A model generated the notes under the pieces. That model worked only from the letters and a program-made list of their open reading frames with translations, was not told where the DNA came from and ran no database searches. A DNA stretch of 62,698 nucleotides, the filler included, from Sphacelaria rigidula (Eukaryota), in assembly GCA_964200075.2 (NCBI GenBank). It is 10 parts of 10 records of this genome, joined end to end, with 100 filler letters (N's around TTAATTAATTAA, not from the genome) between each part and the next. Parts side by side here need not be neighbours in the genome. Positions count along the whole stretch, not along the records: positions 43,962 to 50,140 come from CAXNAA020021705.1; positions 50,241 to 56,419 come from CAXNAA020021706.1; positions 56,520 to 62,698 come from CAXNAA020021707.1; 7 more parts are not named here. One strand, 5' to 3'. Below, piece after piece: positions 44,029-57,014 of the stretch. A program made the position numbers and the translations under genes. Positions within the stretch are counted from its first letter, which is position 1. Every line of letters begins with the position of its first letter.

Positions 44029-47000
44029 GGGTGATATTTTCCATCTTGGTTGTGAAGGAACACACGGCTCCTTTCTTGAGTAACTCAGTGAGGAGGCGAA
44101 TCCGTTTAGATAAATTCGGCAAACATTTGCGGTAGTAGGATAGCCTGCCCAACAATGAGCAGAGTTGAGAAATGTTAGTTGGCACTGGCAAGTCAGTAAT
44201 CGCCTTGACTTTGTTTGTATCCGGATGCCGGCCTGCTGGCGAAATGAAATGTCCCAAAATATCCAAGTCAGTCGTACCAAGGCGGGCTTCGGATGAAGAC
44301 AGTTTCAAACCGTGCGTGCGTAGGCGAGAGAGAAATTATCGTAGAGTGCGGATATGTGCAATATGTGAGGCATCGAAAGCGATAGCGTCATCCAGGTACA
44401 TGATGATGTGCTCGAGGCCCTCGGTGAGGCGTTGCATAAAGCGTTGAAAGCAGCCCGGGGCAGTGGCAGCGCATTGTGGCATCCGAAGCCACTCATCGAG
44501 TCCGGACGAGGTACAAAAAGTCGTCAATGGGACTGTGTCAGGGTGTATAGCCTTCAGAACAAATCCAGAAGCGAGGTCGAGGGCGCTGAATATGTTTTCT
44601 TCGCCCAAGGAGTCGAAGACTTCATCAATGCGGGCAATTGGAAGTTTGCCGACTACAGTGACGCGGTTCAACCATTAATAATTCACGGTTATGCGAATGT
44701 TTCCATCGTTTTCGGGGACGGCCACAAGGGACGAGGCTCAAGGAGAGGAGGAATGTTGTGATAATCCTGCTCCCAGATACGCATCCAACATGGTGTTAAC
44801 TTTCTTGGTAAAGATTGGGTTTGTCCAGTATGGCCGGAAAGAAATCGGCGAGACACCGGGTTGGAGGGTAACCTCAAAGGGCAGCGTTTTGCAATGCCCA
44901 AGATCCGTCTTGGATCGGGAAACTCGGTCTTGGTACTGTAGCAGGACATCACTGAGTTCTCGGGTGACTGCCGGTTCCCAGCCGGGCCCATGAAGGTCAA
45001 AATTGATGTCGCGCATGTGTGGCGGCAGTTGGTTCCACATGTGCAAGAACCTATTCCGACTGCTGCCGAGATAGCCCCCCCCAAAACCGGCCAAAAATGT
45101 GCACGGAGGCGATGATCATAAATGCCGTTAGAGCTGGTTTCGAGTTCTACGACGCGACTTATTTGGGCGTTATAGCTGATTTCGGACTGCTACAAGCCTT
45201 TCATGTGGGCGGCATTGCTGCCAATGAGCCCAATAGTGGGATCGCAGCCGGTTTGTCAGACGATCCCCCGTGCACTTTTTGTGGGGGGGCTATCTCGGCA
45301 TTAGTCTTCCGAGAATCTGGTGATGAGCGTTGGAACACTTCAGCAGGAGGATCGGAATTTGGCTGGGCAGGATCCACTGTGTGGACCCGGGGTGGAGTCT
45401 CAGAGGCGAGGTCGAAATAGGGTTCATCGACACAGTGAACTGACTCCGCCGGCGATGTGGCGTTTGGCGCGGCAGGCTCTGTGACGCACGTCTCGAGTGG
45501 GATGTGCATCAGGGGAGCAGCGGCGATTCCTAAAACATCGCCGGGTTTCAAGTTAGCATGACCCGTAAGAGGGAGAACTTGTTGTCCCGCCGACACAAAA
45601 TCTTTTGTGTCGGCTGGTGCGCCAATACGGGGTAACATTTCGGCAAGATAATGGCCCGTAAGTGCTGGCATGCCATTTCGGCGAACTACCGCAACTTCAA
45701 GAAGTTGGGGGATGTCGGAGAGTGTTATACCCCCGCTACCCTTATATCGTAGGTGGTAAGCAGCTCCGGTTGCTTGAGGAATCTTCTGATAAGCCAGGTC
45801 GCCGTGGAGGGTACCAAAGTGCTCGAGATTGAATTCTCCACGCGGCGTGGAATGTGGCGTTAGTGGTGGAAGCGTGCGGTAAGTGCGTTTCTTAAACCGC
45901 ATATAGTTATATCTGCCCAATAACATGGCGTGATGCATTGTGCTGTCGGGGACAATGTATGCCCAGACTGCCAGGCTGGCAGAGCGAGTGGTGTTGTGAA
46001 ATAATTGCACACTGAGACGTACGGATTTACGTGTCGTCAGTGGTGCGGCAGAATCACCAGAACCGCCCCATACTCGAGGTTTGATGGTGGTTTCGCAAGC
46101 TGCAGTAGCAGCGCCAGTCTGTTTCATATGTTTCCATGTTGATTCTCGAAAAAATGTTTGCGGGCTGCCGCTGTCCAACAAGGATACGCATTTCGTAGGC
46201 GTGATAGCGTTTGGACCGGAATGAATCCCAACAAGTAGTGAAAGTGGCCGGATCTACAGACTCTTTACCAACGACAAGATCCGGAACGTGTTCCGGTAAG
46301 GTGAACTGGTCAGGATCAGCGGGGTTGACAGCAAAAAGGCACGGCGGGTGATCCGCCGGTGGGTCAGATTTCTCACCAGAGAAGGGGGTGGGCGGTATAT
46401 TATTTCCAGGTGTGGCACAGTCAGAGCGACCATTGTTGATTTCGCAAATGATCGTCTTTGGTTGGCAGGAATCGCCGTCCAAGAGGGATCCAGAATGTGC
46501 GGGGCTGGAGTAGTCGATTGAGGGAGTAGTGCCGTCAGAATTGTTTGATTCTGTCTTTTCTTGGATACTTGATAGAGCCGTCGAATTCAAAGTCGTCGCA
46601 TTTCGGAGAGATTGAGGTCGAGGATTTCCGCTCGAAAGAGGTGTACGTGATGATGCGCGCGCGTCCTTGGGGGCATGCTGACGGGGCTTTCTCTTTCGCC
46701 GTGACAAAGGTCGGGGAACTTCCAAAACATTTGGGGATGAAACCACAACTGCGTCCAGTTGCGTGGATGGGGTCAGCATCGTGGCATGACGGAAAGAAAC
46801 TTGTGGGCTGCTTTCCGTAGGCAAGCTTGGCTGTTGGGTCATAGCCGAAGATATGTCGGGGCGGTTGTTATTAGAACCGGCCGAAGGTAGGTCCGTGCGT
46901 ATTCAAAATCGCGGGGAAGGAGCTCGATCCAACTGATTGGGAATTACATGATCCGATGTGGTCAAGTTCAAATCAGCAAGACTTGGGTCAGCTGAAGAAG

Positions 47001-50000
47001 GCTTGCGACTACCTGTGCGTGCGGTCGCTGAGGGAAAGCTTTGCCTCAGGGACTGGCGGTTGGTCTTCCCACACCTCACACTTATAGTCGGCACTGAAGG
47101 ACCAAGTTCAGTGCCGGGTGTAGGTCTGAGTCGCGGGGTTACGCAACTGTTACGCGGTGTGTGGCGGGGTGAAGACGGGGGTCGATATGAATGGCCGTCA
47201 GTTGCGCCCCTGCATAGTGCCTGCGGAGCCGGGCGAACAATCTTAGTCGCGGGCTCTGCGGGCTGTGTTGAAAATTGTGAGGAGGTTGAAGGCGGGGGTC
47301 GATTTAAACGGCCGTCAGTTACGCTCCTGGATAGTGCCGGGGGAGTCGAGTGAGCAATTTTAGACACGGGCTCCGCGGGCTGTGTTGAGAAAGTCTTCGC
47401 TCGTGCTATCGACAGCGTGAAATAGCGAAGAACGCCGGCATCGGCACGTCATGGATTTTCTATGCGATCCGAAGTGAAGGTACCACGGTGTCTGGTGTTG
47501 GGATTCGAGCTTTGTGTCGGTCCCGTCCACTGGTGTCTATCAGCGGAACGTTTGTTGTCGCGAGATATTGATCGCCCTGGCGAGGGCTTCCTCGATTGTT
47601 GTTTTGTCGACGACCGCGATTAGAGCTTTTGTTGTCACGTGGATTCGAATTGTTTCGGTAATTTCCATTAGGTGGGCGGTAGTCGCGCATGCGTTTTTGC
47701 CATCGGCGCCACGCGGGTTCATTGTCCTGCAATTCAGGGCTCATGATATCAAAAGCATTGATGCATGGACTGTCGCAGTCGCGCATGCTGTGGCCTTGAA
47801 CACTACCGTTGATGCAACTGTTGGCATGACTGCTGAAAGCATTGCGTCTACCGGAAGACGAAAGAAGTGGGTTCCACAAATGGGCATCATCGGTCATAAA
47901 TGCCGTTCTAGAAGCCATGTAAAAATCATCCCAAGTTTCCTCGGAAAACGACCAAACCATCAAAACTCGCGCTAAATGCATCTCTGGTACTCTGAACAGG
48001 CATAACTGAACCGGTGACCGAGTCGGGGGTCCATGAAGCGCGAGACGAGCTCGAATTGCTACCGGGAGCCCCTTGGGCATGAGCGGAGGACACAACCGTA
48101 GTTTGTGAACGCACAGACGTAGAAGGTTTGCCACGTATGACGGGCGTTAGATTACCCTCTTGCTTTATAACAGCAGACCACATAGTATCAACAGAGATGT
48201 AAGGCACCTCGCGATGCGTCAAGAGACCCGGAAACAACGACGGCATCAGCGCCGGATACTGTCGAGCAACACTATTGCGAACGTAAGTCTGGCACATTCC
48301 ATCGCTCGGTCCGTTTTGGCGTCCGACACCCGTCGTACCCGACACCAAAAGCTTAAATTCGCGGAGATAATTCGCGAAGGGGACATCAGATGCGACGACA
48401 AAAGAACTCAGTCTCTGGATGGCGCTGGCTTGGTCACTTCTGTTGAAGTAACCGATTAAACGCCTCTCCAAATCAGAGAGTAATACCGGGGCTGCCTTCC
48501 CCTTGGAACTGTCCGGGTCCATCTTGGCGAGGAAGCCGTCGAGAATCTGCCTTAAAGAATCAGCGAGGTCGGGAGAGTGGCGGCTGATGGATCGATGCAT
48601 TGCGTTGTGCAAGGGAGTCTGCCAGCCCTCTACCTAGGCGGAATTTTCTAAGCGTTGTGTGCCAGTCGCATCCGCCAAGTGAAGGATGTTACAAGCACTA
48701 CGGCGGATGGACGTGATAAGGGCAGAAGTAAACTGGCCCGAATCTTCGTTATCCGCAGCAGGCATGGTTTTGATGTGCCATACGTTTTTCACATCCATCT
48801 GAACATACTGTCTCTGTATTGCAGCTACTCGGGCAGAGTCAGCTCTATCGGAAGCTGCTTGTTTTATAGCTTCGGAACGTTCTTTGTCAGTCGCAGCGGT
48901 GGCTAAGGCGCGGGCTGCAGTAGAAGACAAAGGACGGTCAGATGTATCTGTATCGGATAAACCTAAAATGCGGGCCGAAACATCAGCCAATTGAGGAATC
49001 ACTTGCCTGGGGGTTGCCAAACCCGAGGGGGGAAGGTCTGTACCAGACCGGTTCCAGCCAGTTGCAAAAGAACCGGAAGAGTTACCTCCGGAGTTCTTGC
49101 GGTATGGTTTGCAAGGCGGGCGGTTCGGTCTGGAACCGCCCGAAGAAGATCCTCTACCGCCATGGCGGCGGCGTAAATTTCCGCCATCGTTGTCGTCGTC
49201 ATCGCGCCGGTGGTGTTTTTCCTGGCCCCGGCAATTGGAGGTTGCGGGAGTCCACCCATCTTCATCTTCGTCTCCGTCGATGGTGGCGCCGGGATGAGTG
49301 TTATAGGCGGCACGGAGTGCCGCAAAAAGTTGGAGGACAGCCTTGACGTACGTTTTGTGGTTCGGGTGATCACCGATGGTCGTCTGAAGGACCAGTTGGC
49401 CCAAGGTGAGCACTCATACGCCATCTTTGCGGAAGGCGCCGCCCTGGTCCACGTAAATGCCCACGGCATAAAACATTCGCTGCGAAATAAGGGCCCATGC
49501 GTCGCGGGAGCAAAGAAGGTGGCTGCGGCGTTGGAGCAGACCGGTATAGGCGGCCACGGAACGAGAAAGCCACTCTCGCTCTCGAAAGCCACTCTCGTTC
49601 GTGGGGCACCAGTTGCAAGTCTCGGGCAGGGACGGTATTTGCCGCCGAGCTAGCTCCACGAGGTGGCGGTGCCGGAACGGGTACAAATCTCGTGTACAGA
49701 TGTCCGTGGTCACCTTCTGGGAGCACGGGTTATGCTGTTCAGTAATTTGCTAAAAAAAAAATACAACGGTCGCATACAATCGATACCAAGAAATATGAGG
49801 GCAGCAAAGTGCTGACTTGGCAAGAAGCTCAGGTCAGGGACAGTGGCTGACTATGAGCAACAGTGCGCCTCGTGCACTGGTGTTCTGTAACAAACCTGTA
49901 GTAGAAGACTTCTCCTGGCAGGAGGAAGGGCAAAAAGCCAAGATACGCGAGTCAAGGATGGCTGGGCGTGTAGTCGTGCTGTTCTAGATCACCCAGGAAT

Positions 50001-50056
50001 GTTACGGTGTGCGGTCCGAACGTGCCACCATGCCGCGTGCAGGTGTATATATCACA
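44029..50056 (-). mobile_element. Degenerate Ty3/gypsy retrotransposon: candidate 5' LTR, PBS, gag, protease, RT
   Basis: Gag-like ORFs 47460-49713 with decayed knuckle CINGSVQGHSMRDC; protease LLDSGSPQTFF (~46181); RT FSALDLASGF, WLRMPQ...APGCFQRFM, IMYLDDAI, DILGH. Collinear with 27610-28707. Confidence 0.92.
49781..50056 (-). repeat. Candidate 5' LTR (50056-49796) and tRNA-iMet-like PBS (49788-49781)
   Basis: Minus strand reads TGTGATATATAC...GCCCTCA, a 7-nt gap, then TGGTATCG just upstream of gag. The gap is longer than usual and no second LTR is available. Confidence 0.5.
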
Positions 50057-50240
50057 AAAAGACACCAAGAAAAAAAAACAGCAAAGCGAGACGGGCGGGC
50101 GGGGGGGGGGGGGCCGAGGGCGGGCGGGGTGGGCAGTGGANNNNNNNNNNNNNNNNNNNNNNNNNNNNNNNNNNNNNNNNNNNNTTAATTAATTAANNNN
50201 NNNNNNNNNNNNNNNNNNNNNNNNNNNNNNNNNNNNNNNN

Positions 50241-50310
50241 GTGGGGAACGCACTGTTTTAGGCTTGAACCTCATCTCGGAGTTAAACCTCAATTCGCACA
50301 ATTTGTTGTT
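50241..50310 (+). mobile_element. Probable SINE 3' half (variant 2)
   Basis: Matches the other contig-end copies and shares three diagnostic bases with 56347-56419. Confidence 0.8.
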
Positions 50311-50654
50311 GAATGTATGATGAAAGAAAATCAGTCAAGACCAAAAAATTGGAAGCTTTACCGCACGTGCATTTCACAAATCCCCATGGCTCCAATAAAA
50401 AGTGCAAAATACATGCTGATCATGGTAGGTTGATTGTCCCAATTCAATATGCAGCAAAACTACCGAAACAATATGGAGAATGCCTAGAACACGATCATTG
50501 CTGGTTAGGTACAGCGATGGTATTATGGCTGAACAGGTGTAGGTCAGGCGAAGGTGATACAATGCAGGCGACAATGACAAAACAAAGACTGTGCTATCAG
50601 ATCGAAGCAAGGTTCAAAAAGAACATGACGGTGTAAAATACGCGTGGACATGAC

Positions 50655-51840
50655 AACATGCGATGCGATAGCAAGCGAGAAAAGTACAGCCGACAGTAGG
50701 CGGTAGAGGCAAAAACGACACAACAGGCGGGACAACAACAGCAAACCAGGGTAGCAGAAAGCACGGTGGAAATAGCAGCAGCAGCAGCAACAGACAACCA
50801 CGACCACAACAACAGCAACAACAACAACAACAACAACAACAACAACGACAACGACAACAACACACAGCAGCAAAAACCATCAGCACACAGCGGCGGCACG
50901 GCAGCGACTTCCAGGAGAGGAGGATCGGTCCTAAAATGGTTGGTCCTCAAAAGTGCTGTTGTTAATCGAAGCAACCGCAGTAATGAACAGTATGGGCAGC
51001 AGGGGGTTCACAACGAATTTCTAAATTCCCGGCCAACTTATACCTCGTACACACAATTAGTAACAGGTGAGATCCCGACCAAAAGGGATGATGGTGACGC
51101 GATGCAGGGGAAGCCACTTGAGTGTGCGGGTAGGCCACAACGGCGAACAACTTCTCATCACCACGAAGAGGTAGGTGCATTTCAGGGGAACAGTTACGTG
51201 GGGACCTCGGTTGTAACGATTGAGGCAAATATGGTAATGACAATCGTTTATCGGTAAAAGCTCATGCGGTCAAAGTGGGGCACAGTACAAAAAGCAGGGT
51301 AGGAAACGACTCGTGACTTTCAACATGCAGGTGAAAGAGGCATTACGCGCACATGAGGGCTAAACAGGCAGTGCGATAGCCAGCAGGGTACAACTACCCG
51401 TGGGCGGTAAAGGCAAAAATCGCAACGCCTCAGGCGGGACAGTAACGGCAGAGCAGCAAAACAAAATCGGGACAGTAACCGCAGAGCAGCAAAACAAAAT
51501 TGCATTGTCTTTAGGCGGAATAGTAACCGCAAAGCAGGGTAACTGACAGCACAGCGGAAACAGCCACAGCAACTACAACAGCAAAGTTGATAGTAGCAAC
51601 AAAAGCGACAGCAACACAGCAGCAGCAACCGCGGCGGCCGTAACAACAACAGACGATAGCAGGCAGAATCAACGCCACCACCACCACCACCACCACCAAC
51701 AACAACAGCCGATAGCAAACGCGACAGACGGTAACAGCAGCACAATAACAGAGACGAGAGACAACAACGAAAACCGCAACAAACAAACAACGAACAGCCA
51801 CAACAACGGATAACAACAACGCGGCTACACAGCTTCCGCA
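50655..51840 (+). repeat. Two related (CAA/CAG)-rich low-complexity repeats (50655-50890 and 51370-51840)
   Basis: Both share GCGATAGC.AGC...GGCGGTA.AGGCAAAAA...CAGGCGGGACA...CAGGGTA...GCAC...GGAAA.AGC, followed by CAA/CAG expansions. Confidence 0.8.
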
Positions 51841-53629
51841 GCTGTCTGTAACTTGATGTCCCAAAACGCTCCGAAGTATTTGAAGACCCTCTGGTTCGTT
51901 GGACTCGTGCAATCTCGTGCAATCTCGTTCAACCGTATTGCCTTTTATCAATTGTTTTGGCTAGTTATATTCCTTTTGCTTTGGACGTCTGCAGTGGCTT
52001 GCTGATGAACCATCTGGGGTGAACTCGTGCATAAAGCCGTTGGTGGCGCTCTGCTTGGGTTGTGTGTAACGCAGTGCAATGCGGCGGGAAACAGCGCAAT
52101 ACCACGCACAGAGAGGACGACAGAGCCTACCTTGTCCATGCTTACTCTTTACTGTTCCGCGTAATTGTGATCGAGGCAATCCGAAAAGAGAGTACAAGCA
52201 TACCCTGGTACAGTTGTTTTTGCTATTGAAAACAATGAGGGCACGCAACTGTGCAGCAGCGCTATTGTGTTGTTTCGTACTCGTGGGAAGAAGGACTATA
52301 TTGCAGTGTGGATTTTCTCACATTTGTGCAAAGCACACTATTTACCATACATGAATGGAGTGACGCAACAAAATTAAACCTCAAACCTCCCCACAATTGT
52401 TTTTTTACGGAGGCGCATGCTACCTCTCTGGGGATCATGCCGGAGTTGACTCGACACAAGCACGTTTGAGCACCATGTCATGGTTCGATACTCACTGCCT
52501 AGCTGGGAATGGTGCCAGGTCAGTGGGCACCTGAGCTAGCGGGCTCAAACACAATCATGAGTATCGAAGCCATTGAGCTCGACGTTACCGAGTGCAGAGC
52601 CAGTCGTGTTCGCAGCGTCGGACTGCATACCATATGAGCCGCCCGGACGCCAGAACAATAAATCTTGCATGGAGGTCAGACTGACATTTAGTGAAGACCA
52701 GAGATCCCTCTGATATCGCAGTCCGTGATGGCGTAGATGCTCTTGTATTATTGGCGTACAGGCTAACTTGTGCTTTGCTAGTTGAGATGCATAGTCCAAA
52801 ACGCTGTGTCAGATGGGGGCAGCCGGCTCGATCCTGCCACACAATATAGTATGACCCATCAGGTACCAAGCATGACAAAGTATGACACATGGAACCTAAT
52901 CGACTGGACAATGACCAATAAATCTGTAACATCCCCCTAGCCATATTTATATGGCTAAACAAACATTTATTGGAGGGCTGAAAGGGCCAGAACAGAATAA
53001 AGCCTGTGCATCATACGCCTGAAAGTAAAACGAGGAAAACCTGCTGAATTACGGTACAGGGGAAAAATCGTTGCAGAACTATTGAATAGGTGAACGCTGA
53101 TAAGCAGGGGAGAACTCCATCGGCTAGAAAAGGACAAAAATCTATAACGCCCTTTCCAATGACAGAAACAGGAGACAAGTACGGTCGCTGTCGTTTTCCC
53201 GGGATCTCAGTTAGACTGGAGAACGATCGGCTAGTGAGCTTGATCGCGCGTCGACACCCCGGATCAGTTACACTGGATTCTGGGGTAGTGCGGGGCTTGA
53301 ACCTCGCTAAAAACAACCTTTCAACGAACTGATCAATAGTCACAGGAGTGCAGCTTTTGCGGGGTGCTCTTCTGTAACTACTGACACCTATTCTACTGGA
53401 AATAGAGCCCACGCGCCTTGGCTCACACATGTGCTCGTATGTTACCAAATGGGGAGCAATCAAAAACAAAGCGACAAAAGAAAAAAGACGACAACACTCG
53501 AAATTCATGACTGAAGCGTACGGTAGCAGCGATGTATAGTTACTTATTCCCTTATTTCATCACCGCATTCCTCTCGCAATAATATGATATACCACATCAC
53601 ACAACAGCTAATCGTGAACGTCCATGGCT

Positions 53630-53890
53630 TCAGTCTCTTTGGTTCCTTCGTTCCAGCTTGGGGCGCTCGAGTTCCCGGCGAGATAGCTCTTTCCAGTCTC
53701 CATCTTCGTACTGTACTCGCCGAAAGAAATTCCCAAAATCATACACGTGGTGCTTCAGTTCGGCACTGCTACAGCCTTTCCAGGAGGTAGCACCTAAGGG
53801 CAAAAGCTTCAAGGCATCACTACGTGGGGAAGCGGGGTGCTTCGAGTGCGATGACGGGGTCGAAGAAACTGTGGGGTGATACAGAGGCAA
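53630..53890 (-). pseudogene. Tudor/chromo-like C-terminal fragment, probably from an LTR retrotransposon pol
   Basis: VYDF...RRVQYEDGDWKELSRREL resembles the V-x-Y-E-D-G-D-x-E-x-L Tudor-type signature; no splice context. Confidence 0.5.
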
Positions 53891-53907
53891 AAAGCTCGTG
53901 ACGCAGT

Positions 53908-54375
53908 ATGGGGCAATGGGCTGTGGGAAAATATATGAGGAACTGTGATGAAAGGAACGGTGTGGACGATGAAGACGACAGGAAATATGCCAAAAGTGCG
54001 ATGATGCTAGACAGGAAAATATCGAAATATTTCAATATTTTGCAAGGAGTCGTACCAGGATGTACGTTATCACCCTCTTTACTCGAGGTATTCTTTGATG
54101 ACCTGATACTAGCATTAGATATTGCAAAGCAAGGGGTAAAGTTGCTGAAGGAATTGGAAGCAGTGCAGCTGGCAGCAGCTAAAATAATAGTTTGACGCGG
54201 AAACGGTGCAAATGGCAGCTGGTAAAAGAATACTTGGATACAAATAGAATTAGTGAACAAGTTGGGAACAGTACAGATTGCAACAGCTCAGAGAATACTT
54301 GGATGCAGTGAAGTTGGTGAAGGAGTTGGGAACAGTACAGATGATAGCAGCTAGGGGAATTACTTGGATGCTCGA
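53908..54375 (+). mobile_element. Non-LTR retrotransposon (LINE) RT remnant
   Basis: ISKYFNILQGVVPGCTLSPSLLEVFFDDL matches the LINE RT QG..QG..LSP.LF...DDL motif. It is followed by repeated LETVQ..AAK.ILGC-like segments. Confidence 0.8.
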
Positions 54376-55982
54376 AACAAATGAGTACGCCCCCCCCCCC
54401 CCCCCTTTGAAGCCTTTCCCTTTTCCCCACCCGTCAGTGCCTGAAACAAAGTAGAGTTCTCGACAATCTAACATGGTGACAGATACAGGCAATGCAGTCC
54501 AACACGGGGACAAATTCAGGGGTCACGTGGAATGTGGGTGTGGCGTTCCAGTTTGGTCCCCCTCAAGGTGGGACGCAAACACCTCGGGTATGAGGTGTTT
54601 CGGATGGGGTGGGCGGATATGGAAGGAACTTCTTGCTATTGAGACAGCGATGGTACGTGTGTAATGTTTACGGCCAGTCCAGAGCTCGAAGGAAAACGTG
54701 TCAGACGGTAGCATGGCGTCGGGTCGTCGGGTAGGGCACGATTGCGCAAGAGTGTGCGTGAAACGTACTCTCTCTGGGGCCAAGATTTGTACAATTCGGT
54801 AACCTTTTCAGCAGCCGTCCCCGTCGGTTCTCGAATCCTGCAAAACTGTAGACATAATCATGGCGAAAATAAAATTAGACAACGCCTACATCGTGCAGCA
54901 ATACGGTTACCTTTCCTACTCATTTAGAATATCGGTCAGCGGGGCGACTAAAATGCTACGCTCCTGGACAAACTGTCCAAGGTACCCGGTGGGTTTAGAA
55001 ACGAACGTAGTTTTTCGACTCTATGGGCGTTACGTCTGAGCAATCGCGTTGCGTTTTGAGGGGGCTGGTTGTATGCCGGTATTATCGATTAACAGTCTAA
55101 GGAACCTTTGAGACCCTGCAGTGAAGATATATTTGGCGAATTTTTCTGAACATGAAATCGTGTAGTCGGCAAACTTTGCCGGGGAAAGTTGGGTGAGCAA
55201 CACCTCGGTCAAGAAGCTTGTGCATTTCTTTTCTGATCATGCGGCGTTCTTATGGTGGGAAGTCGCGTTGTTTTGTGGCAAAGGGTGTGCACGCGAGACA
55301 ACAACCAGCAAAAAGTATGGAACTCATGCTTCCCCCTCCCCCAAGGGGGTTCAGCGACCACATCAGCGGAATGAGTGTCTGAAAACCATATGTAGGGTCT
55401 GTAAGAAATGTCAAGGACACGGTATGTAGTCGCGCAGTCACCTTGCATGGTACGCTGGGCATGAAGGGCAAAAAGATAAAGCAGGGAAACTAAGTCTGCG
55501 TACTGCACAAGTAATGACAAGACATTGCACGGGAATATTTGTGGTTGCATGGTATCGAAAGCCAAGTTTAAAGCACCTGAACAAAGTAGGATCCAACTAC
55601 GTTATCATGAAGGGAAAAGGTAGCAGTCAACTACGGTACAGGGTGCGTCAAGAAGTCAACCTGTTGAAGAGCAAACCATTCAATCGATCACCAGAGCCAT
55701 GCCACCAGAATCCTATAAAAAGGTACACGAGATTAGCTATACCAAACCAGATTGCTAACACTCCACGCCGGAACATAGCGTCATGAGCAACCCGTTCAGT
55801 GTTTCCGTCATGAGCAAACCGTCCAGTGCTTCCTGCGTGTCCTCCCCCAAGCAGTCACGTTCAGCACCGGTCCCCTCATCGGGATGTGACACACCCAAGG
55901 CAAGAGTATAGATGAAACAAGGGAGGAAGTGATAGAGGGCACGGTGAGTACGCGTTGAAAGTCTTGGAGTCCGTGAAAATAT

Positions 55983-56346
55983 GGCTCGGTTTGATACCAC
56001 GTGACGCAGATCGGAATGTCGTGCGCCGGGCGGTAAATTCGGCGTTTCGGCCTTGCGAACCAGATAGATGAAATGATTACAAGCGGAATCCTGCTAAAGC
56101 ATGATGAGTACGGGCAACGCAACAGACAAGACCCTGCAGATCGCCTGCACCCCGCACGGTCGAAAGAAAAACATCACGATCGCCAAGAACAAACCAAAAC
56201 TACCCAAAATATGAGATGAAAAATCGTGCAGCTCTACAGAGCAAGACGACGGCGGCCGAAAATTACAAGGCACGCAATACAATTGGGTGGCTCAAAAGAA
56301 AGTTATGGTAGACACGACACCCGGAAATGCAGAAAAATATTGGAAT
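55983..56346 (-). mobile_element. Candidate LTR end plus PBS
   Basis: Minus strand reads ...GCGTCA-CG-TGGTATCAAACCGAGCC (CA, 2-nt gap, TGGTATCA). No coding region recognised downstream. Confidence 0.4.
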
Positions 56347-56419
56347 AACAACAAATTGTGCGAATTGAGGTTTAACTCCGAGATGAGGTTCAAGCCTAAA
56401 ACAGTGCTTTCCCCACACT
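56347..56419 (-). mobile_element. Probable SINE 3' half (variant 2)
   Basis: 73 bp, same boundaries as 12389-12461. Confidence 0.8.
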
Positions 56420-57014
56420 NNNNNNNNNNNNNNNNNNNNNNNNNNNNNNNNNNNNNNNNNNNNTTAATTAATTAANNNNNNNNNNNNNNNNNNNNNNNNN
56501 NNNNNNNNNNNNNNNNNNNCGTGAAAAAAAAAATCCTACGACCGCCGGAGGGGAGGGGGAGAGGGGGGGGTACATAGAGTCTCGGAGTTTTTTTTTGGGC
56601 ACTCTCGATCCAACCTTCATTTTTCCGAGGAATATGTAGTCAGTCTTGAAAAAAATATTGTTCTATTCCTTGACTTGGTTGAGAAATTTGCTGTCACATC
56701 ATAAGTCTTTTCCCTGTGAAAGGCGGAAAAGTCTGAAAAATGCCGTCTCGTTAATAGTGGCTCTTGGAAGGTACAACATTTATACCTGGGAGGGGTTCCA
56801 GGGTGGTCCTACGTTATAGCGGACAAGTCCGTCTTCTTCCGCAGGCGCGATGTACGGCAGTAACTTGAAGAGCTAGTGCAGCTTGAAGTCATGCGCTTCG
56901 AGGCGGCCCAGCCTTCATGGAGATACCGCAATGTTCACAACCGCGTCTTGGCAGCTTGCACGGCTCTACTTGTCCACTCGTCGTCAAATTTCCCATTCGT
57001 CGCTGTATTTGCAG

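Noticed and set aside
50544..51951. Poly-Cys/Val/Leu/Asn ORFs as real proteins
   Set aside because: They are translations of (CAA/CAG)n low-complexity DNA open in several frames on both strands.
53090..53332. LRR N-cap-like peptide VTLDSGVVRGLNLAKNNLS
   Set aside because: One short weak motif with no further LRR exons or clear splice sites.
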